DNA of 64,000 nucleotides from Hemiscyllium ocellatum. Taxonomy: Eukaryota. The notes under the pieces were generated by a model that did no database searches, was not told the origin of the DNA, and saw only the letters and a list, made by a program, of their open reading frames with translations. Both the position numbers and the translations under genes were made by a program. Numbering within the stretch: the first letter of the stretch is position 1; each line of letters starts with the position of its first letter. The stretch lies in NCBI RefSeq assembly GCF_020745735.1, contig NC_083435.1:3325905-3389904 (forward strand), written 5' to 3'. This document shows positions 56,701 through 64,000 of this stretch, one piece after another.

Positions 56701-59700
56701 TAAAGGGCAAGGACCAGAGGAAGATCAGGATGGTTGTGGCTCAGATGATGATCAGGAGGAGGAGGAAGATGAAGAGGAGGAGGACCTGTCGTCAGATCCC
56801 GACATCGAGGAAGAACTGTCAAAGATCGAGGAGGTTGTAGCCACTGAGGAGGAACCACATGAAGGTATCAGTGTTCCAATAGACCGTGCTGTAGAGGTGC
56901 CTTACACATTACACCAGAAACCAGGGGAGACAACCCTCTCTTTCCCACCCACCCCCCCTCCCCACTCCCTCCCAATCCATTCCAAGCGGCTGCCTAGGAA
57001 ACCTTGTGATTGAACTGTCATGGCTCACTGTGGAAGGGGACTCTCCAAAGAGTTGCCCTTTTTTTTTTGAAGCAAACTGTTCCTGATCTCCATCTCAAAT
57101 GGGAAGCCTTTTTAATTTTAAACTCCCCCCACTTACTGTATTCCCCTTCGGATCTTCTGAATTTTAATAAGGTCACATCTCTTCCTTGTCAACTCCCGGG
57201 AACACTGGTCCAAACTGTCCCCTCACAGAACCCTTCACCGTAGGTGTCAGCAGAGTGAGCCTTTTCAGAACCTGCTCCCTCCTTAAGGGAGCGATCAGCA
57301 CTCCCTGCACGTGACCTCTCCAATGTCCTGTACAGTAGTGGCACGAGTTCCTTTCTTTGAGACTTGATTCTCCTCACAAAGGCTGACGTTTTCCTTTGCA
57401 TGCTAACTTACTGCCCAGACTCTCGGGTCCCTCTGCACCAATCTGCAGCCTCTGTTTCAGGATGTGGAAAACAGGCCAGCATGGGTAAGTTGGGCTGAAG
57501 GGCCTGTTTCCATGCTGTAAACCTCTGACTCGACCTGCGTTTATTACTCTTCTTGACAAAGTGGGCAGGTTCATGTGATCCACTACCTGCCGGATTATTA
57601 CTCATTGACTTGGTCCTTTACCAACACACGGGTCCCTTTGCCTGCTCAGTCTCAGTGACCATGCTGAGCAAGCTGTTCAGGAAGAACGTTGACCAATGGA
57701 GCCTAAGCACGATCTTGTAGATGGTAGACTGGCTTTGCCAGGCCAGGTGAGTGAGCTGGCTCCGGAATGTACCCTTCTAACCTGCTCTGGTAACCGCCAT
57801 CGTTATATGGCTAGTGTCAAAACATGTGGTGCTGGAAAAGCACAGCCAGTCAGGCAGCATCCGAGGAGCAGGAGAGTTGACATTTTGAGCATACCCCATA
57901 TTCCTGAAGAAGGGCTTAAGGGCCGGGGGGGCGCGGAGAGATAAATGGGTGGGGCAAGGTTGCTGGGAATGTGATTGACAGGTGAAGGTGGAGGCTGATG
58001 GTGATAGGTTGGAGCGGATTGGTGGGAAGGAAGATGGGCAGGTAGGGCAGTTCACGAGGGACAGTGCTGAGTTGGAAGGTTGGATCTGGGATAAGGTGGG
58101 GGGGGGGGGGGGGGGGGAGTTTGGGGAGGGGGAGATGAGGAAACTGGTGACATTCACATTGATCCCGTGTGGTTGGAGGGTCCCAAGGCAGACTGAGGTT
58201 TTTTTTCCCTCCAGATGTTGGGTGGTAGGTGAGTGGAGATGGAGGGGGCCCAGGGCCTGCATGCCCTTGGCCGGGGGGGAGGGGGGGGGGTGGGGGGGGG
58301 GGGGGGAGTGGGTTGAAGTTGAAACGTTCCACCACAAGATGAAGTTGGTTATTGCACGTGTCCCAGGAATATTCTCTGGAATGTTCTGTAAGCTTGTCCC
58401 AGGAATGTTCTCTGCATCATCCTCAACCGTTTCTGCCACCAACAAATGGACCCCACTACCAGAGGTGTATTTCCCTCCTTGCCCATATCAGTCTTCTGCC
58501 TATTTCAGTTCCCCCTCCCACTCTGCCAAAAGCATGCAAGTCCTCAGCCTCCTCCGCCTCCAGAGTCTAGCCACCCGATGCCTGGAGGAAGAACTCCTCA
58601 TCTTTCACCTTGCGACCCACCAACCAAACCTGGTCAATGTTGATTTCAGCAGTTTGCTGATCTCTCCTTCCCCCAAGCTCATCCCAGGTCCAACCCTCCA
58701 ACTTGGCAACGCCCTCTTGACCTGTCCATTGTCTTTCTGATCTGTCTGCGCCACCATCCCCTCAGCCCTCTCACCATCACCCTCCACCTTCATCTCCCTA
58801 TCTCATTCCCATCTACCATTGGGAAAGCAACTGCAAAGCTCCACCTGGTCCCAACTTGTGACTCCGAGGTTGGACTCAGTCAGTATCCCAGTGAAAGATG
58901 ACTGATGTCAACAAGGGTCGTCTGTGTGTCAAGAGAGACTTTCCTCTGTGTGTCTCTCTCCCCCCCCTCTCTCTCCCCTCCCTCTCTGCTCCTGCAAACA
59001 TGTTCCCTGATGTAGCACCACCTGACTGTGGGACCCAATCTCATAATGAGGAGGCAACTCCTGTTTGAACTGAAGGTATGACTGACGTTAAATGCACACT
59101 TGATAATAAATTATTAAAGGTTAAATCTTTTGGCAGATGTAACCGAGAGAGAGAGGGAGGTGGCTCCCCCCCCCTCCCCGCCCGAAGTATTGGATATAAT
59201 GCCTCCCCGCCCGAAGTATTGGATATAATGCCTCCAGCTTCCTGATGGCCTGTTGGAGATTTCTCTGACTGGGACGGGTAGTTGAAATTGGTTCCTCCCT
59301 TTCCTCGGGAGAATACTTAGATCATTTCAATTGTGTTCCAGATGAGAAAGCAGAAGGCAGTGATGCTGAGGAGGAGGAGGGAGAGGAGGAGGACCAGGGC
59401 TCTGTTGAATCGGCCCAGTCTTCGGAAGACGAGGACAGTGAAGAGGATGCAGAGTCTGCAGAAGGACCCCGTGTGGATGAAGGGGTGGGATTGGAGCCTG
59501 TGGAGGCCGAGGCTAGCTCCAAGACTGAGCTCAGCTCCACATGCCCGACTGCCAAGTCTGAGTGCGCTGCCGAGAGTGGGAGCCCCACGCGAGAGGACGT
59601 CAGCAGTGATGGTGTCCCTATGGAGGACGGAGTGGGCTCGAGTGTTGGGGGTGAAGCTGCTACACTTGCCGTCGCTCTGGGGGACGGGGCGGTGGAGGAA

Positions 59701-60266
59701 GGGGTCGGCTCCAGCAGCGAGAACGGGACTGCCTTGGCTGCGGGGGAAGAGTTGGCGTCTGCCGTCGCTGAGACGGAGTGCCAGGCTGATGCACAAGGCA
59801 GTCCTGCGTGCCCACCTGAGGAAGGAGGCGGGAGCTCCGAGGCAAGTCCCGTGCCCGCTGATTGGGAGGCAGCAGAGCCTGACCTTGGAGGCCAAGCCCA
59901 ACAGCATCCAAAGAGGAAACGCGCTGACTCCAGTGGGCAGAAACTGGAAGTGGCCGTTGTCAAACGGAGCCCCGAACCCAGCCCCTGGGTGGCTGAGCAA
60001 ACCGTAACAAACAATGTGCCTGCACACGGCGAGGGCAGTGCAGAGGCTTCTCCGTGTTATGAGCCGAAACCTTCGACCCTGGAGGTTGAGACCACCCTGG
60101 ATGGTAGGCCTCCTGTCACAAAAGGGAAGTTGGACGTTCTGGGAAGGGATGAGCATGGTCCAGACGTCTGTTTAACTGCACTCAATGGACAAAAGCAAGA
60201 GTCTGTCGATCTAGACACCTCACCAGTTGCAAAAAGAATGAAGCGAGCCCCGGACGTGGAGACGCA
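44778..60266 (+). CDS. DAXX: Death domain-associated protein DAXX (H3.3 chaperone); exons 44778-45128, 53932-54814, 56457-56864, 59342-60266; probably 3'-incomplete
   Basis: N-terminal SIM-like VVNLLSDEE; helical bundle ENQRLFTE|FVEFC...LASTEFRNVL...VYINELCT; histone-binding domain GSRRQIRYLE...LQEKELDL...LTGRVIEQRI...GTRYPEINR...FPDY...LQERRHLDLVYNFGSHLTDDY; DPAMVDPTLERRLRSNR; acidic region. Phases 0/1/1 are consistent. CA|GTAAGT donor at 60266; C-terminal SIM not found in the window. Confidence 0.93.
45165..46460. repeat. C-rich minisatellite (cccacagtcagattcccctccattccc) at the start of DAXX intron 1
   Basis: Direct tandem repeats. Confidence 0.95.
48480..49480 (+). mobile_element. Older degenerate CR1 RT fragment
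   Basis: KCEVMHFG, RPRLECCV, ggctgaatggcct 3' tail. Confidence 0.7.
49790..50585 (+). mobile_element. CR1/HER1-like LINE 3' fragment in DAXX intron 1
   Basis: LHFGKAN...[12 protein letters not shown]...[12 protein letters not shown] plus tail. Confidence 0.85.
51955..52450 (+). mobile_element. Partial plus near full-length HE1-type SINEs
   Basis: gtggcacagtggttagcactgctgcctcacag...gggttcaattccc head at about 52160-52220. Confidence 0.85.
55985..56290 (+). mobile_element. HE1-type SINE with an (AATCT)n tail
   Basis: Head, body and aatctaatctaatctaatct terminus. Confidence 0.85.
57820..58815. mobile_element. Two Penelope-like 3' fragments in opposite orientation (- 57820-58340, + 58500-58815) in DAXX intron 3
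   Basis: LGTLQPHGINV on the - strand; YFSSPSHSAKSMQVL...EEELLIFHLAT on the + strand. Confidence 0.7.
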
Positions 60267-60904
60267 GTAAGTAGAAAGAGGTTGCGTTTCTTTTGGATAG
60301 TCACATTCCTTGTTCCCGTTCTCTCCCCTCTGTCGTTTTGAGAAGCAACTCAGTGGGTAAGAGAGGTTACTGTTGTTGTTGCTGCCTGAAAGGGCTTCTG
60401 CTGAGTGAGCCGTTGTAATCAGTTTGCCTGCCCTGCTGCAGGCTGACGAAGCTCAGTCATTGGTTGTATTGGCCTCCCAGTTGACAAACCACTGGATCCC
60501 GTCCATTACAATGGGCTGTCACTGTCCTGGGAACTGGCAAACCCCATGGCGCGACCTGTCTCAAGCTGCATGAGGGATGTGGTTCCCATGGATCACTTTC
60601 AGGCATTCTGAATAGAACTGTGCCTGATGAAAGGGATGGAGGGTGCACCTGGGTGATGGGAAGGACAGGGCTAGTTGTTCTCAGCAAGTAGTTGGGATGG
60701 AGTCGTTGGACAACGCTATCGGTAAAGAGTAGGTACGGAAATCCACCAACTTGACATGGATCTGCCCAGCATGCAGCTCCAGAGCTGCAGCAATGTGGTT
60801 GACTCTCATCTGCCTTCCTGAAGTAGCTGAGCAAACCATTCAGTTGTACCAATGGTTACAATGTCTCCACAAAGAAATGAAACCAGTCAGACCGTGCAGT
60901 TCTG

Positions 60905-61620
60905 CTGACCCTGCAGAGTCCTCCCCACTCATATCTGGGGGCTAGTGCCAAAGTTGGGAGAGTTATCTCAAACTGGTCAAGCAACAGCCTGACTTGAGTC
61001 CTACTCGAGTAGTGATACCTTACAGACAATGTCCCAGACACCACCATCACCATCCCTGGATATATCCTGTCCCATTGGCAGGGCAGACCCAGCAGACGGG
61101 GCGGCGCAGTGGGATACAGTTGGGAGAGAGTTGTCCTTGGGAGACCCCAACGTTGACTCTGCTCCCCCCCCATGATTAAGCATGGGCCAGGAACCTCCCT
61201 GCTGATTACCATGCACAGTCCTCCCTCAGCTGATGGATCGGTGGTACTCCATGTTGAACAACACTGAGGGTAGTGAGGGTACAGAATGTCCCCGCTGTCC
61301 ACCACCAAGAGTGGCTCAGCAGCAGTCCTACTGAGTGAGCTGGTCAGGTCCGAAAGGACACAGCTGCTAGACTGGGTCTGCGGCAGGTGGGGAGGGAAAC
61401 CCCATACCTGACCACCTCACTCCTGATCCCTCAGCTGCAGATCCATCTGTCCATGACTGTCGGAATGAGGGACCACCACCCAGTCCTTGTGGAGTCCACA
61501 TCCTGCCTTCACGGTTGGGGATAACCTCCATCGTGTTGTATGGTACTTAGTACAGTGCGAAAGGGACAGGCTTCCAACAGATCCAGCAACTCCAGACTGG
61601 GCATCTGTGAGAGCTTATGG
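60905..61620 (+). mobile_element. Decayed LINE APE-endonuclease fragment
   Basis: YLTDNVPDTTITIPGYILSH...RRGG-like translation and later HHQEWL-like and DHH motifs. Confidence 0.5.
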
Positions 61621-62027
61621 GCCATCAGCATGTGCAGATAGTTAAAGTGGAGATTTGGGGTGGCCCAGGGAATCCCACGTGGACTCAGACCTGTAAAGCC
61701 TCTCTCTTGGTTCGTCCTGGAGATTATACTCTTTGGAAGTCCGAAATAAAAACCTCTTACAGGCTGTTGAGTTTAATTTTAGTCATCCCCTTTTGTTCAC
61801 CAAGTGCGTCACAGTTACAACATAACACTGATACCTATAAGCTAACTCTGTTCAAATAACCTAGGAGAGTGGGGTACCAGCCCTTCACCTGCCCCAGCAG
61901 GCTCCTCCCATCTACTGCTACAAAGTGGCTTCCTTTATACAAAAGTTCACAAAAACCTCACGTTCTTAGTTAGGCAGATGACAGTGAAAGACCATAATTC
62001 ATAAGGAAGCAAAGTGAATTGATAGGG

Positions 62028-62059
<32 letters not shown>

Positions 62060-63479
62060 CCTGCAGGCCTTGGGCTCTCCAACAGCTGGGAAAAACATAC
62101 CCAGCTGAGTTAGATGCCTTCTAGTGAGAGAAACTCCTATCATAAAGAGGTACCAGTTTGAGCCAATTGGAGAGTCCCTAAGGTAACCGTGTGCAGCTCT
62201 CATGTCAGATACAATGGCTTCTTAGCAAGGAGGGCAAACGTTTGACCATAAAATGGCTTCCTGACAGTGTGTCAGAATCTCTTCAATGTTCGGTTTAGAA
62301 TAATTTTAAGCTGGGAGCAGACTCCTTTTTATCTTAAGCACAGAATCATTCTGTAATGGAGGCTGAAATGTTACTGCGAGGTTGTATTTAAAATGATTAA
62401 TTAGTCTCGAATTAACATGTCGCCTTTTCAAGTTTGTGAAGCAAATTGAAATTAGACCTAAGATCTGACTAGCTAGAGTTGTCTGGGGCAGACATGGTCT
62501 GTTTAAAAAAAACAGCAAGTAAGTTAAAGCTTTATCAATATAACCTTTCAGAGTTTGCATTTCATAACCAGTAATGGATACTCAAAATCATAAAGTCCCA
62601 AAATGCAATTAAATTCAGTCCATAGCAGCTAAGCACTAAGAGTTAATTTTCTACTGGCTTCAGCAGCCTCAGCACTAAAATGGCCGTTCTCACACTCTCT
62701 AATATCCTTTCGCACTTTCAAGTCAGCAAAGATTTTCTGTCTGCCCCGCTTGCAAGGGGCAATAAGAATCCAATATAATTGGCAGTATCTGACTGTTAAT
62801 TACAAAGCTTTAGATAGTACTCAGTTTCGTTTCAGGGTAAGAATCGAACACTGTCATTACTTTCAGAAGGGAACGGCTGTGAATGTTATCACGAGGTATC
62901 CTGATCTCTCCGATTCACCGATGCTAAGGCATATGTTCTTCATTGTCTTACAGCATCCTGTTATCACTTGGTGAGCCCAGATGTCCCTGTCATCATCATC
63001 ATTCCTTAGGATCCTCCCTTTTTTGTTTCTGAGCCTTCCTGCCTGTTTGTTTTCGAATGCAGTTCTTTAATTCAGCATTACATTTTAGTCTCAATGTTTC
63101 CAGACCAGTTTTAAGGCTACAGTTTCTCGGTTGTACTCCACAGTCTGTAACCTCCTGGCCCGCCATTTCCCCGCTCGATCATTGCCCTCAAGGGGGGAGT
63201 AGAGGAGGGTATGCCAGGAGCAGTACCAGGGATACCTGAGGGTGACTGGTCAGCCTGGTGAAGCTACCAACCAGGACGACCTGCATGGCCAGCAGAATAG
63301 GCTGCGAGTGATCGACAGGCCTTTGAGAAGATTTATAGCTCCGGTTGAGGTTTTCTCACTGTGCTGGGAGGTTCATTTCCAGAAGCCTTGTCACCCTGCT
63401 CGGTGACATCGTCAGTGAGCCTCTGGGTGAAGCATGGTGGTATGTTTCCCTGGGTTAGTGATGTCACTTCCTGTGTCGA

Positions 63480-64000
63480 GATGGGAGTGGTGCTGGAAAA
63501 GCACAGCAGGCCAGGCAGCCTCCAAGGAGCAGGCAAAAGCCCGTCAGGAATAAAGGCAGGGAGCTTCCAGGGTGGAGAGAGAAATGGGAAGGGCTGGGGC
63601 TGGGGAGAAGGTAGCCAAGAATACAGTAGGTGGGGATGGAGGTGATAGGTCAGAGAGGAGGGTAGAGTGGATAGGTGGGAAGGGAGATAGGCAGGTAGGA
63701 CAGGTCATAGGGACAGTGCTGAGCTGGAAGGTTGGAGCTGGGGTGAGGTGGGGGAAGGGGAAATGAGGAAACTGGTGAAGTCCACATTGATGCCCTGGGG
63801 TTGAAGTGTTCCGAGGCGGAAGATGAGGCGTTCTTCCTCCAGGCGTCGGGTGGTGAGGGATTGGCGGTGAAGGAGGCCCAGGACCTTCATGCTCTCGGCA
63901 GAGTGGGAGGGGGAGTTGAAATGTTGGGCCACAGGGCGGTGTGGTTGATTGGTGTGGGTGTCCCAGAGATGTTCCCTAAAGCACTCTGCTAGGAGGCGCC
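63480..64000 (-). mobile_element. Penelope-like 3' fragment running off the window end
   Basis: AQHFNSPSHSAESMKVLGLL...EEERLIFRLGTLQPQGINVDF, highly similar to 36640-36990. Confidence 0.85.

Noticed and set aside
59046-59086. C/D-box snoRNA candidate (ATGAGGA...CTGA)
   Set aside because: Too short, imperfect C box and no convincing terminal stem.
59317-60156. Antisense and alternate-frame ORFs over DAXX exon 4
   Set aside because: Shadows of a GC-rich coding exon; only the frame of 59473-60270 is splice-compatible.
61700-62720. Possible solo LTR or DNA-transposon remnant
   Set aside because: No terminal repeats, TSD or coding motif could be established by eye.

Overview
This is eukaryotic DNA from a cartilaginous fish (elasmobranch HE1-type SINEs and HER1/CR1-type LINE tails; probably a carpet or bamboo shark). 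It is GC-rich and minisatellite-dense, with two assembly gaps. Four protein-coding genes could be spliced together by hand: (1) a single-exon FAM110-family gene (+, 66-890); (2) an uncharacterised 332-aa WD40-repeat gene (-, 7 coding exons, 14865 to 3352); (3) a complete, intron-containing but markedly diverged RPL5/uL18 gene (-, 8 exons, 297 aa, 35515 to 22185); (4) DAXX (+, 4 exons from 44778, probably continuing beyond the window). The main observation is a diverged RPL5 paralogue head-to-head with DAXX, an extended-MHC marker; it is a candidate retained whole-genome-duplication ohnologue. Other notable features are a triplicated TOP/NRF1 promoter module on that RPL5, tandem decoy copies of its last splice acceptor, a 13-fold CCAAT/GC-box array and a uORF upstream of DAXX, Penelope-like elements carrying minimal hammerhead ribozymes, and a Penelope-in-CR1 nested insertion with a 10-bp target-site duplication. 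All comparisons with known genes are from memory; no searches were run.
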